A stretch of DNA of 64,000 bases from Sphingomonas paucimobilis (GTDB taxonomy: Bacteria > Pseudomonadota > Alphaproteobacteria > Sphingomonadales > Sphingomonadaceae). Below are positions 1 through 9,653 of the stretch, piece by piece. The stretch spans positions 1,578,630 to 1,642,629 of the forward strand of contig JAQIJL010000001.1 in assembly GCA_036946325.1 (NCBI GenBank), given 5' to 3'. The notes below the pieces were generated by a model. That model worked only from the letters and a program-made list of their open reading frames with translations, was not told the origin of the DNA and searched no databases. The translations under genes and the position numbers were made by a program. Numbering within the stretch: the first letter of the stretch is position 1; every line of letters starts with the position of its first letter.

Positions 1-1143
1 GCGACCCGCGTCGAACTCCCGCACCCGGAGATTTTCGCCGCGATCGCGCGGGATGCACGGTTGTTGCTTGATGACGGCAAGCTAGTGTTGAACGTCCTCG
101 ACCATGACGACGACAAGATCGTGACCGAAGTGGTCGTCGGCGGCGCGCTGTCGAATTCGAAGGGGCTGAACGTGCCCGACGTCGTGCTGCCGATGGCCGC
201 GCTGACGCCGAAGGACATTTCCGACCTGCACTTCGCGGTCGATCAGGGCGTCGACTGGATCGCGCTGTCGTTCGTGCAGCGACCGGAGGATCTGGCCGAG
301 GCGCGCAAGCTGATCGAGGGCAAGGCAGCGCTGCTCGCCAAGATCGAAAAACCCTCGGCCGTGGCACGGCTGGAGGAGATCGTCGAGCAGTGCGACGGCG
401 TGATGGTCGCGCGCGGCGATCTGGGCGTCGAACTGCCGCCGCAGTCGGTGCCGCCGCTGCAGAAGCGCATCGTCGAGACCGCCCGCCGCCTCGGCCGGCC
501 GGTGGTCGTTGCGACGCAGATGCTGGAATCGATGATCACCTCGCCTTCGCCGACCCGTGCCGAAGTGTCGGACGTCGCGACCGCGGTCTATGACGGTGCC
601 GACGCGATCATGCTGTCGGCGGAAAGCGCCGCGGGCAGCTGGCCGGTCGAATCGGTCGCGATGATGAACGACATCTCGCACGCCGTCGAACGCGATCCGG
701 CGCATGGCGACCGCGTCCACTTCACCGTGCTGCGCCCCGATCCTACCACCGCCGACGCGCTGGCCGAAGCCGCCAAGAACATCGCCGCCACCGTCGGGGC
801 CAAGGCGATCCTGTGCTTCACCAAGTCGGGTTCGACCGCGCGCCGCATCGCGCGCGAACGCCCCGCCGTGCCGATCATGGTGCTGACTCCGCAGATCGAC
901 ACCGCCCGCCGCCTCGGTCTGTTGTGGGGCGTCCACGCCGTCCACACCCGCGACGTTGCGTCGTTCGAGGAAATGGTGGCGAAGGCGAAGCGCATGGTGC
1001 TGCGCCACAATATCGCGTCGGCCGGTGACCGGGTCGTCGTCTGCGCCGGCGTGCCGTTCGGGACCCCCGGGTCGACCAACGTGCTGCACGTCGTGCAGAT
1101 CGTCGGCGACGAGCTGAAGACCTATCGCGGGCAGGAAGCGTAA
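1..1143 (+). CDS. pyk: Pyruvate kinase (5' truncated by window edge)
   Basis: Frame open from base 1. Motifs VMVARGDLGVE, ATQMLESM, PTRAEVSDVA, DAIMLSAE. Confidence 0.97.
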   Translation, partial: ATRVELPHPEIFAAIARDARLLLDDGKLVLNVLDHDDDKIVTEVVVGGALSNSKGLNVPDVVLPMAALTPKDISDLHFAVDQGVDWIALSFVQRPEDLAEARKLIEGKAALLAKIEKPSAVARLEEIVEQCDGVMVARGDLGVELPPQSVPPLQKRIVETARRLGRPVVVATQMLESMITSPSPTRAEVSDVATAVYDGADAIMLSAESAAGSWPVESVAMMNDISHAVERDPAHGDRVHFTVLRPDPTTADALAEAAKNIAATVGAKAILCFTKSGSTARRIARERPAVPIMVLTPQIDTARRLGLLWGVHAVHTRDVASFEEMVAKAKRMVLRHNIASAGDRVVVCAGVPFGTPGSTNVLHVVQIVGDELKTYRGQEA

Positions 1144-1149
1144 TCGAAG

Positions 1150-1278
1150 CTCCTCCCCGCTTGCGGGGAGGGGGACCAGCCGCAGGCTGGTGGAGGGGGC
1201 ATCGGCATAAGGTGCCGTTGCGTTGCCCCCCTCTCCACCACCGCTTCGCGGCGGTCCCCCTCCCCGTGCCGGGGAGGA
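1150..1278. repeat. Palindromic intergenic repeat (CCTCCCC...GGGGAGG type dimer)
   Basis: tcctccccgcttgcggggagggggacc...ggtggagggg pairs with ctctccacc...ggtccccctccccgtgccggggagga. It lies between convergent pyk and transglutaminase genes. Confidence 0.8.
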
Positions 1279-2070
1279 TTATTCCGATTCGCTGCCTAGC
1301 CGGACGTCTACGTCCAGTTCTTCCTCGCCCGCGCCCATCCGCACGCCCGCGATCGGCGCCGCACCGGCGGCATCCAGCGCGACCGCAACGCAAATATGAT
1401 CGAGGCCCGAACGGCCGCCGGTCGCGGGATCGAACGCATACCAGCCGCCCGACACATATGCTTCGGCCCAGGCATGCGGCGCAGCCGTACGGCGTTCATC
1501 GTCCCCGGACAGGCTGTATCCCGACACATAACGCGCCGGCACGCCCCGCGCGCGCGCGGCGGCGACGAAGATCTGCGCCATGTCGCGCGGTCCCAGCCGA
1601 TCGTCGCCTGCCGCCTCGATCGCCGACCGGATCGTCGGGGTCGGCCGCCGGTCGAGCGGCCAGCGAGCATGGATCGCCGCGGCAAGTGCGGTCATCGCGG
1701 CAAGGTCGTCGCCCTGCCCCAATTCCTCGATCAGCGCATCGGCGCGGGTAAGCGGCGTCACCCGGCGGAACAGATCGGGCGGAAACGGCTCGTCCGTACC
1801 CTCGATCGGGCCGTCCGTCTCGGTCAGCAACGCCTCACCCGACACGGTCAGCACCAGCGCATCGACCGGCCCCTCGGCATAGAGCATCCGCGTGCCGTTG
1901 CCGTACCCGTCATACCCCTCGCGCAGCCGCGCGTCGCAATCGACGTCGATGCGCCAGTTCACGACCGTCTGGTGGCTGGTATCGCCCGGCGACAGCCGCA
2001 GCAGCTGGACGATACGCGCCTGCGGCTCGGTAAAGCGGTAGCGCGTTTCGTGGCGGACCGACAGCCGCAT
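1279..2070 (-). CDS. Transglutaminase-like protein (bacterial N-terminal domain plus core), catalytic Cys apparently absent
   Basis: MRLSVRHETRYRF start, ARGVPARYVSGY, HAWAEAY, FDP. The expected GVCQD reads LGPRD. Confidence 0.9.
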   Translation of the reverse strand: MRLSVRHETRYRFTEPQARIVQLLRLSPGDTSHQTVVNWRIDVDCDARLREGYDGYGNGTRMLYAEGPVDALVLTVSGEALLTETDGPIEGTDEPFPPDLFRRVTPLTRADALIEELGQGDDLAAMTALAAAIHARWPLDRRPTPTIRSAIEAAGDDRLGPRDMAQIFVAAARARGVPARYVSGYSLSGDDERRTAAPHAWAEAYVSGGWYAFDPATGGRSGLDHICVAVALDAAGAAPIAGVRMGAGEEELDVDVRLGSESE

Positions 2071-3008
2071 CAGATGAAGCGGAACTGGCGGGCGATCGCG
2101 GCGTCGAGCATCGCATTCTCCCGGATGAAGGCATTCAGATATTCATGCAGACCGCTGACGATGACCTCGTGCGCGCGGGTCTTCTGCATCCGCGCAAGGC
2201 GCGCGCGCGCCATGCGATCGGCCTCGCCCTGAAAGCCGGTGCGCTTGCCGAGCATGTTCAGCATCTCGACCGTTTCGTCGACACAGGCAGCAAGGCTGCG
2301 CGGTACTTCGCCGCGCGACAGCAGCAATTCGATGACGTTGGCGGGCTTCAACCCCTCGCTGTAGAGCCAGCGATAGGCGGTAACGGCCGACACCGTCTGC
2401 AGGATCGTCGTCCATTGGTCGCGGTCGATCGCGCCGCCGATCCGCTCGCCTTCGGGCAGCAGCAGGTGATATTTGACGTCGATCAGCCGCGCGGTGTTGT
2501 CGGCGCGTTCGATCGCGGCACCCAGTTGCACGAACCACGTCGCCTCGTTCTTCATCATGCGCTGGACCGCGCCTTCGAAGCCGCGCGCCTCGGCCTTGAT
2601 CGCCTCGACCAGGTTGAGGATGTCCTCGCCCTCCTCGCCGCGCGGCGAGTTGAAGACGATCCACGCGCGGTTGATCGCGGTCCATGCGTCTCGGGTCAGC
2701 GCGGTACGCACCGCCTTCGCATTGTTGCGCGCGGCGTCGAGGCACCACAGGATCGACCCGGCATGGCTGCGGTCGCAGGTCAGGAAGCGGGCGACCGATG
2801 CCTGCCCGACCGCCTGCCCCGTCGCGGCGAAACTGTCCTCGGTATAGCTGACCGCCAGCGCGCTGGCCCAGGCTGCATCGCCGGCCGGACGCGACGACAG
2901 CGCGTCCAGCCGCACCGTGGCCTCGACCAGCCGCGCGAGGAAATCGGCGCGTTCGACATAGCGGCCCAGCCAGTAGAGCGAGGCCGCGGTGCGCGAGAGC
3001 ATCGCCAT
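2070..3008 (-). CDS. Alpha-E domain protein
   Basis: MLSRTAASLYWLGRYVERA and second ERAD repeat. Coupled to the ATP-grasp and transglutaminase genes. Confidence 0.92.
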   Translation of the reverse strand: MAMLSRTAASLYWLGRYVERADFLARLVEATVRLDALSSRPAGDAAWASALAVSYTEDSFAATGQAVGQASVARFLTCDRSHAGSILWCLDAARNNAKAVRTALTRDAWTAINRAWIVFNSPRGEEGEDILNLVEAIKAEARGFEGAVQRMMKNEATWFVQLGAAIERADNTARLIDVKYHLLLPEGERIGGAIDRDQWTTILQTVSAVTAYRWLYSEGLKPANVIELLLSRGEVPRSLAACVDETVEMLNMLGKRTGFQGEADRMARARLARMQKTRAHEVIVSGLHEYLNAFIRENAMLDAAIARQFRFI

Positions 3009-3009
3009 G

Positions 3010-4503
3010 TCAGCGCCCTCCCTGCGACTGGGTCATGCCGCCCAGCGATTGCGCCTGGGTCTGGGACTGGACCGGACCGTCGTCCATCAGCACGAAACTG
3101 TCCTTGGTCCCACCACCCTGGCTGGAGTTGACGACCAGCGACCCTTCCTTGAGCGCGACGCGGGTCAGCCCGCCGGGCACGACCTGCACCGTCTCCGCAC
3201 CGGTCAGCACGAACGGGCGGAAATCGACGTGACGCGGCGCGAGGCCGGCTTCGGTCAACGTCGGCACGGTCGAGAGCGCCAGAGTCGGCTGCGCGATGTA
3301 GCGCTGCGGTTCGGCAATCAGCGCGCGGCGGAAATCCTCGATCTCCGCCTTCGACGCGGTCGGACCGACGAGCATTCCATAGCCGCCCGACCCGTCGACC
3401 AGCTTCACCACCACCTCGTCCAGATGGTCGAGGACATATTTCAGCGCCTGCGGCTCGCGGCAGCGCCACGTCTCGACATTGGGGAGCAGCGGCTCGCTCT
3501 CGGCATAGAAACGAACGATCTCCGGCATGTAGCTGTAGATCGCCTTGTCGTCGGCGATGCCGTTGCCCGGCGCGTTGACCAGCGCGACATTGCCCGCGCG
3601 ATAGGCGGCGATCAGGCCGGGGACGCCCAAGAGCGATTCGGGGCGAAACACCACCGGGTCGATGAAGTCGTCGTCGATCCGGCGATAGATGACATCGACC
3701 CGCACCCGCCCGGCGATAGTCTGCATCCACACGACATCGTCGTCGACCAGCAGATCGGCCGGCTCGACGAGTTCGACGCCCATCGAATCGGCGAGGAAGC
3801 TGTGTTCGTAATAGGCCGAATTGAAATGGCCGGGCGTCAGCACGACGCAGGTCGGATGCGCGCCCGCCCCCGGCGGGGCGACCGATCGCATCGTCTCCAG
3901 CAATTTGTCGGGATAGCTGTCGACCGCCGCCACGCGGAAATTGCGGAACAGTTCGGGGCACAGCCGGATCATCGCCTCGCGATTTTCCAGCATGTACGAC
4001 ACGCCCGATGGCGTGCGGGCATTGTCCTCCAGCACGAAGAATTCGTCCGGCCCGGTGCGGACCAGATCGATGCCGCAGATATGCGCCCAGACGCCGTGCG
4101 GCGGGCGGATGCCGGCGATCTCGGGCCGGAACTGCCCGTTGCCGAAGATCAGGTCGGGCGGCAGCACTCCGGCCTTGAGGATGCGACGCTCGCCGTAAAT
4201 GTCGTCGAGGAACGCGTTGATCGCTTGCGTCCGCTGGATCAGCCCCTTCGACAGGCGCGCCCATTCGTCGGCCATGAATACACGCGGGACGATGTCGAAC
4301 GGGATGATCCGCTCCGCCGCCTCGCTATCGCCATAGACGGCGAAGGTGATGCCCAGCTGGCGAAAGGTCGCTTCGGCGGATTGCAGGCGGCGCTTCAACT
4401 CATGGGGCGGCACCTCGCGCATCCATCGTGCCAGTGCCGCAAGGTCGGTGCGCGGATTGTCCGGCCCACCCTGTCCCCAGATTTCGTCGAACGCTTGCCC
4501 CAT
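3010..4503 (-). CDS. Circularly permuted type 2 ATP-grasp protein
   Basis: LEDNARTPSGVSY, DVIYRRIDDDFIDP, GIADDKAIY, GSGGYGM, RHVDFRPF, VVNSSQGGGTKD. Gln-rich tail. Confidence 0.93.
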   Translation of the reverse strand: MGQAFDEIWGQGGPDNPRTDLAALARWMREVPPHELKRRLQSAEATFRQLGITFAVYGDSEAAERIIPFDIVPRVFMADEWARLSKGLIQRTQAINAFLDDIYGERRILKAGVLPPDLIFGNGQFRPEIAGIRPPHGVWAHICGIDLVRTGPDEFFVLEDNARTPSGVSYMLENREAMIRLCPELFRNFRVAAVDSYPDKLLETMRSVAPPGAGAHPTCVVLTPGHFNSAYYEHSFLADSMGVELVEPADLLVDDDVVWMQTIAGRVRVDVIYRRIDDDFIDPVVFRPESLLGVPGLIAAYRAGNVALVNAPGNGIADDKAIYSYMPEIVRFYAESEPLLPNVETWRCREPQALKYVLDHLDEVVVKLVDGSGGYGMLVGPTASKAEIEDFRRALIAEPQRYIAQPTLALSTVPTLTEAGLAPRHVDFRPFVLTGAETVQVVPGGLTRVALKEGSLVVNSSQGGGTKDSFVLMDDGPVQSQTQAQSLGGMTQSQGGR

Positions 4504-4582
4504 CCGTCCCCCAACGCCGCCTGAAGGTAAATGCTCCCTATGCTGCGTTGCGAAATCGGGACTGGCAAGCGGGTTTGAACGC

Positions 4583-6595
4583 TCAGGATACCAGATCGGT
4601 CAGCGTCGCCGGCGTAAGTACCTGCGGCAAAACCCGAGCATCGCTGCTGCCGGGTGCATAATAAAGATAGAGCGGCACCCCGGCGCGGTTATGCGCCTCG
4701 ATAAAACGGCCGAGCACCGGGTCGCCATCGGTCCAGTCGCCGACCAGCACCTTCACCCCGCCGTTGCCGAACGCGTCCGCCACCGCCCGGGTCTCGATCG
4801 CGGCACGTTCGTTGACCTTGCAGGTCAGGCACCAGTCTGCGGTGAAATAGGCGAAGACCGGTTTGCCCTCCGCCCGCAGCGCCGCCAGCCGTGCCTCGCT
4901 GAACGGTTCGGCCCCGGCGATGCCGGTCGGTGCGGCCGTCGCCGGAACGCGTTCGACGAGAGCCGCCGTGCCGATCGCCAGCACCAGCGCAGCGATTCCC
5001 GGCCACCACGCCCGGTCGCGCCCGCGCAGCTGCCGCCGCCCGGTCCACCACAGGCCCAGCCCGGCGAGCAGCAATGCTCCCAACCCCAATGCCATGCTGT
5101 CGACCCCGGCCTGCCGCCCCAATATCCATGCCAGCGCCAGCGCGGTCAGGAACATCGGCACCGACAATGCTTTCCGGAACGCATCCATCCATGCCCCCGG
5201 CCGTGGCAGTCGCCGCCGCAGCGCCGGTACGAAGCCGAGCAGCAGGAACGGCAGCGCGAGGCCGAAGCCCAGCCCGGCGAACACTGCCATGGCCGCGACC
5301 GGTGGCAGCACCAGCGCCGATCCCAGCGCCGCGCCCATGAACGGCCCGGTGCACGGCGTGGCGACGAATGCCGCCAGCGCGCCGGTGGCGAACGCCCCGC
5401 CCCGGCCGCTCCGGTTGCCCATTTGCGGCGTCGGCAGTTCGAACAGGCCGGCAAGGTTGAGCGCGATGCCGCCGGTCAGCACCAGCAACAGCAGCACGAC
5501 GCGGGGATCGGTCAGCTGGAACGCCCAGCCCGCCGCCACGCCTGCCGCGCGGATCGCCAGCAATATGCCGCCCAGCGCCATGCAGGTGACGACTGCGCCG
5601 GCGGTATAGGCCACCCCCTCCGCCCGCGCATGCGCCGCCGATTCGCCCGAGCGGGCAAGGCTCAGCGCCTTCAGGCTCAGGATCGGAAAGACGCAGGGCA
5701 TGATGTTGAGCAGCAACCCGCCGAGCAGCGCCCCGGCAAAGGCGATCAGCGCGGCGCGGATCGGTGCCGGTTCGGGTGCGGCCGCCACCGTTCCGGGCGT
5801 CGCGCGGATCGCGAAGCCCTGCCCCGGTCCGGTCGCCAGCACCCCCTCGATCGCTGTCGGTTTGCCGGTACCCTTCGTCTCGATGATCAGCGCGTCGCCG
5901 TCGCGCGCGATCTTCTGCGGCGCGTCGTAATCGACGGCGTTCTCGGTCAGCGGGAAGAAATAGGGGTTGTCGATCGGCTGCGACGCCGGAAACGGCACGC
6001 GCAGCCGCAGCGGATCACCCGTCTGGAACAGCGCGGGCGATCCCAATGGCCGGGGCAGCGCCCGTCGCCAGCTATCGAACTCGGCACGGCGTTCCGGGCT
6101 GATCGTGCCATCGCCGATCGTTAGTTCGGTCGCCAGTTCGGCCTTTTCCGGCACGCAGATTTCGCGGGTGCAGACCAGATAGTCGATCGACAGCCGCACC
6201 GGCACCCTGGCGCCCGTCGCCAGCCCGGCGGGCAGTTGCAGCTCGGTCAGGATCGTCCAGGGGCGCTCATAGACATAGTTCATGATGCCCGCGACCGTAA
6301 GCCGTTCGGGCACGGGATAGCGCAACGGGCCGACGCGCGCGCCGGCCGGCAGCGTCCAGTCGAGCCGCGGCTGGGTGCCGACCGCCCCGGGATTCTGCCA
6401 ATAGCCATGCCAACCGGCATCGGGCACCGACACCAGCGCCAGTGCGACCCGTGATCCCGCCGCCGGTCGATCGCTTTCGGCGGCGATCCGCATCTGGACG
6501 TGCCGCTGCCCTGGCACCTGCGCCGCTACCGGCAACGCGCCCAGAAATGCCGAAAGGATGAGGACGAGTCGCCACAGCGTTCTTGCCGGTGTCAT
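4583..6595 (-). CDS. DsbD/ScsB-like thiol-disulfide interchange membrane protein
   Basis: Signal peptide from ATG 6595. N-domain CTREIC, TM domain NIMPCVFP and ATPCTGP, C-terminal thioredoxin WCLTC. Confidence 0.88.
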   Translation of the reverse strand: MTPARTLWRLVLILSAFLGALPVAAQVPGQRHVQMRIAAESDRPAAGSRVALALVSVPDAGWHGYWQNPGAVGTQPRLDWTLPAGARVGPLRYPVPERLTVAGIMNYVYERPWTILTELQLPAGLATGARVPVRLSIDYLVCTREICVPEKAELATELTIGDGTISPERRAEFDSWRRALPRPLGSPALFQTGDPLRLRVPFPASQPIDNPYFFPLTENAVDYDAPQKIARDGDALIIETKGTGKPTAIEGVLATGPGQGFAIRATPGTVAAAPEPAPIRAALIAFAGALLGGLLLNIMPCVFPILSLKALSLARSGESAAHARAEGVAYTAGAVVTCMALGGILLAIRAAGVAAGWAFQLTDPRVVLLLLVLTGGIALNLAGLFELPTPQMGNRSGRGGAFATGALAAFVATPCTGPFMGAALGSALVLPPVAAMAVFAGLGFGLALPFLLLGFVPALRRRLPRPGAWMDAFRKALSVPMFLTALALAWILGRQAGVDSMALGLGALLLAGLGLWWTGRRQLRGRDRAWWPGIAALVLAIGTAALVERVPATAAPTGIAGAEPFSEARLAALRAEGKPVFAYFTADWCLTCKVNERAAIETRAVADAFGNGGVKVLVGDWTDGDPVLGRFIEAHNRAGVPLYLYYAPGSSDARVLPQVLTPATLTDLVS

Positions 6596-6648
6596 GTACG
6601 CCGGGTAGCGAAGTTTCGGGACGGATGCACCGTCCGCGGAGTTCCTCG

Positions 6649-8319
6649 ATGCGTTTCCTGACCCTCGCCGCGCTGCTGCTTGGCACCGCCGTCCCCGCTT
6701 TGGCGCAGACCGCCGCGCCGGCACCCGCCCCGGCGGCCGTGCCGGTGCCGCCGACCTATCCGGCAACGCCCCCCAAGCTGATCGTCGCGATCTCGGTCGA
6801 TCAATTCTCCGCCGACCTGTTCGCCGAATATCGCGCGCGCTTCACCGGTGGCTTCGTGCGGATGATGCAGGGCGCGGTGTTCCCGTCGGGTTATCAGAGC
6901 CATGCCGCGACGGAGACCTGCCCCGGCCATTCGACGATCCTGACCGGATCGCGCCCGTCGCGCACCGGCATCATCGCCAATGACTGGATCGACCAGCGCA
7001 GCACGAACCGCCCCGACCACAAGGTCTATTGCGCGGAGGACGAGCGGGTGCCCGGCTCGACCTTCAAGGACTATACCGTGTCCGACGTCCACCTGATGGT
7101 GCCGACGCTGGGCGAGCGGATGAAGGCCGCCGACCCGCGCACCCGCGTCGTTTCGGTCGCGGGCAAGGACCGCGCGGCGGTGATGATGGGCGGCCACAAG
7201 GTCGACGAACTCTGGTGGTTCGGCAAGGACGGCTTTGTCAGCTATGCCGATCGCAAGATGCCGCCGGTCGTCGCACGCGCCAATGCCGCCGTCGCCCGGC
7301 AGATCGCCACCGCCCAGCCGGCGATGACGCTGCCGACCTTCTGCCAGCCGCTCGCGCGCGCCGTCACGGTCGCGGGCAAGACGATCGGCACCGGCCGGTT
7401 CGAACGCGCCGCCGGCGACGTGAACAATTTCCGCCGCTCGCCCGAATATGACGCCGCCGTCCTCGCGCTCGCCGCAGGGCTGGTCCAGGACATGAAGCTG
7501 GGTCAGGGACCGCAGACCGACATCATCTCGATCGGCGCCTCGGCCACCGACTATGTCGGACATGGCTATGGCACCGAAGGCAGCGAGATGTGCCTGCAGC
7601 TGACCTCGCTCGACCAGAGCCTTGGCGAGTTCTTCAAGGTGCTCGACGCGACCGGGGTCGATTATCAGGTCGTGCTGACCGCCGATCATGGCGGCAGCGA
7701 CGCCAGCGAGCGCCATGCCCATCACGCCATCCCCGATGCGGTTCGGCAGGATGGCGAGCTGACGGTCGAGGGCGTCGGTCAGGCGATCGGCAAGAAGCTG
7801 GGCATCGCCGGCCCCGTGCTGTTCGGCGGGGTGAATGGCGATGTGTGGTACGACATCAAGCTGACGGCGGCGCAGAAGGCGGCGGTCGAGCGTGAGGCGA
7901 TCGCCCTGTTCATGGCCCATCCGCAGACCCAGGCGGTCTTCACTCGCGCGCAGATCATGGCGACGACGGTGCCGAACACGCCGCCCGAAACCTGGACCCT
8001 GCTGGAACGCGCCCGTGCCTCCTTCTACGCGCCCCGCTCAGGCGACCTGCTGGTGGCGATGAAGCCGCGCGTGCTGACCCTGCCGCACCCGGTGGTCGGC
8101 AGCGCGGTCGCGACGCATGGCAGCTTCTGGGACTATGACCGGCGCGTGCCGATCCTGTTCTGGCGCAAGGGTGCCGGCGGCTTCGAGGAGCCGTTCGGCG
8201 TGGAGACGGTCGACATCCTGCCGACGCTGGCAGCGACGATCGGGCTGAACGTGCCCAAGGGCGAGATCGACGGCCGCTGCCTCGACCTCAACCCCGGGGA
8301 AGGATCGACCTGCCGCTGA
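6649..8319 (+). CDS. phoK: Secreted alkaline phosphatase, PhoK/PafA type (Thr nucleophile)
   Basis: Signal peptide MRFLTLAALL. Motifs ISVDQF, HAATETCPGHSTILTG, DYVGH, TADHG, THGS. Confidence 0.85.
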   Translation: MRFLTLAALLLGTAVPALAQTAAPAPAPAAVPVPPTYPATPPKLIVAISVDQFSADLFAEYRARFTGGFVRMMQGAVFPSGYQSHAATETCPGHSTILTGSRPSRTGIIANDWIDQRSTNRPDHKVYCAEDERVPGSTFKDYTVSDVHLMVPTLGERMKAADPRTRVVSVAGKDRAAVMMGGHKVDELWWFGKDGFVSYADRKMPPVVARANAAVARQIATAQPAMTLPTFCQPLARAVTVAGKTIGTGRFERAAGDVNNFRRSPEYDAAVLALAAGLVQDMKLGQGPQTDIISIGASATDYVGHGYGTEGSEMCLQLTSLDQSLGEFFKVLDATGVDYQVVLTADHGGSDASERHAHHAIPDAVRQDGELTVEGVGQAIGKKLGIAGPVLFGGVNGDVWYDIKLTAAQKAAVEREAIALFMAHPQTQAVFTRAQIMATTVPNTPPETWTLLERARASFYAPRSGDLLVAMKPRVLTLPHPVVGSAVATHGSFWDYDRRVPILFWRKGAGGFEEPFGVETVDILPTLAATIGLNVPKGEIDGRCLDLNPGEGSTCR

Positions 8320-8381
8320 TCCGAACGTTCGGTTCGAGCAGCTTCGAGCTTGTCGAGAACCTGCTCGACGGATGCGTGACC

Positions 8382-9596
8382 TCAGGGCAACCGCAACATT
8401 GCGGTCGCCGCCGACGCCGGATCGGCCCGCTCGATAAGCGAGCGGACGATCGCGGCGGCGGTGCGCGGTACTTTCCCCGTAAACGCCCGCCGTCCGTTGA
8501 CGGTCACCCGCACCGGCCGGTCGAGATCGACCAAGCGGTCCGACAGGCGCAGGGTCATCCCTGCCGGGACGGCGCCGTCGAGGGTGATCGCCTGCCCCTC
8601 GACCCGCGCATCGATCCGGTCGCCCGCCTTTGCCTGGGCTGCGTCGGGAAGGTGCAGCCAGTAGAAACGGTCGTGCGTCACGTCGTCCTGCACCCAGACG
8701 ACCCGCTTCGGCCAGGGATTGCGGGTGAACTGCGCCATCCACGGCAGCGCTTCGGCATCCTTGCGGTTCATCCAGTGCGGCAGTCCGGGATAGATGCGGG
8801 TCATCGACACATAGCCGCCCGGATCGGCGGCATGCAACTTCGCCAGCTCCGCGCTCTTCTCCGCCGCGATCCGGTTGCGGTCATAGGCGGCATCGGCGCC
8901 ACCCATGAAGATGCCGAACGGCAGGTTGTGCAAGCTTGCCACCCCCGCCTCGTTCGGATGGCCCGCCATCATCGACGCCGCCGCGAAGCGATCCGCCATG
9001 CGCGGCGCCAATTGCCACACGCCATCGCCGCCGGCCGAATAGCCGAGCAGATAGACCCGGTCCGGATCGACGCCGTTGATCGCGACCTGCGCATCGATCA
9101 GCCGCTGAAACAGCGGATCGATATGCGCCTCATGCCACAGATTCCACGTATCGGTCGGTGCGCGCGGCGCGAGATAGATGCCCTCGGCCGGTTCGTAGAG
9201 GCGAATCTGGTTGCACCATTGCTGGTCGTTGACCGCCGGCGCGGCATTGCCGCCGCCGTGCATCGAAATCCACAGGCTGCGCTTTCCGAACGGTGCATTG
9301 CCGAACTGCCGGCTTTCCCAACGCAGGGTCTTGTAGCCGAGCGTGATGGCCTTCGCCGCGACCGCGTCGCGCTGGGCAGCCGCCACCTGTCGCATGCGGT
9401 CAGCGGCGAGCAACGCCAGCGCCCGGTCGGCATCGGCGCGGCTCAGGGGGCGGTTCAGGATCGCCGCGTCTGTCGGACGATCGGTCGGCGGTTCGGCGAT
9501 CCAGCGTGAAAGCTCGGCGACGGTACGCGAAGACTGCGCCTGCGCGGTGGTGGTGACGGCCAGCACGGCCAGCGACGCGATGAACAGGTTGCGCAT
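8382..9596 (-). CDS. Secreted alpha/beta-hydrolase (esterase/peptidase-like)
   Basis: Signal peptide, HGGG oxyanion region, DPDRVYLLGYSAGG nucleophile elbow, later PH. Confidence 0.75.
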   Translation of the reverse strand: MRNLFIASLAVLAVTTTAQAQSSRTVAELSRWIAEPPTDRPTDAAILNRPLSRADADRALALLAADRMRQVAAAQRDAVAAKAITLGYKTLRWESRQFGNAPFGKRSLWISMHGGGNAAPAVNDQQWCNQIRLYEPAEGIYLAPRAPTDTWNLWHEAHIDPLFQRLIDAQVAINGVDPDRVYLLGYSAGGDGVWQLAPRMADRFAAASMMAGHPNEAGVASLHNLPFGIFMGGADAAYDRNRIAAEKSAELAKLHAADPGGYVSMTRIYPGLPHWMNRKDAEALPWMAQFTRNPWPKRVVWVQDDVTHDRFYWLHLPDAAQAKAGDRIDARVEGQAITLDGAVPAGMTLRLSDRLVDLDRPVRVTVNGRRAFTGKVPRTAAAIVRSLIERADPASAATAMLRLP

Positions 9597-9653
9597 ATAC
9601 GAACACGCTAATCGGATCGGCGCACTGGTCGAAGCAGAATCTTCTGCGTCGAC

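Noticed and set aside
4513-4537. GGAGC-N17-GTT upstream of the ATP-grasp gene
   Set aside because: One mismatch in the -35 box and it would give an almost leaderless mRNA. Too weak without TSS data.
8320-8381. Possible degenerate repeat (cgttcggttcgagc...gtcgagaa) between phoK and the hydrolase
   Set aside because: Single, poorly paired copy, so it cannot be defined from this window.
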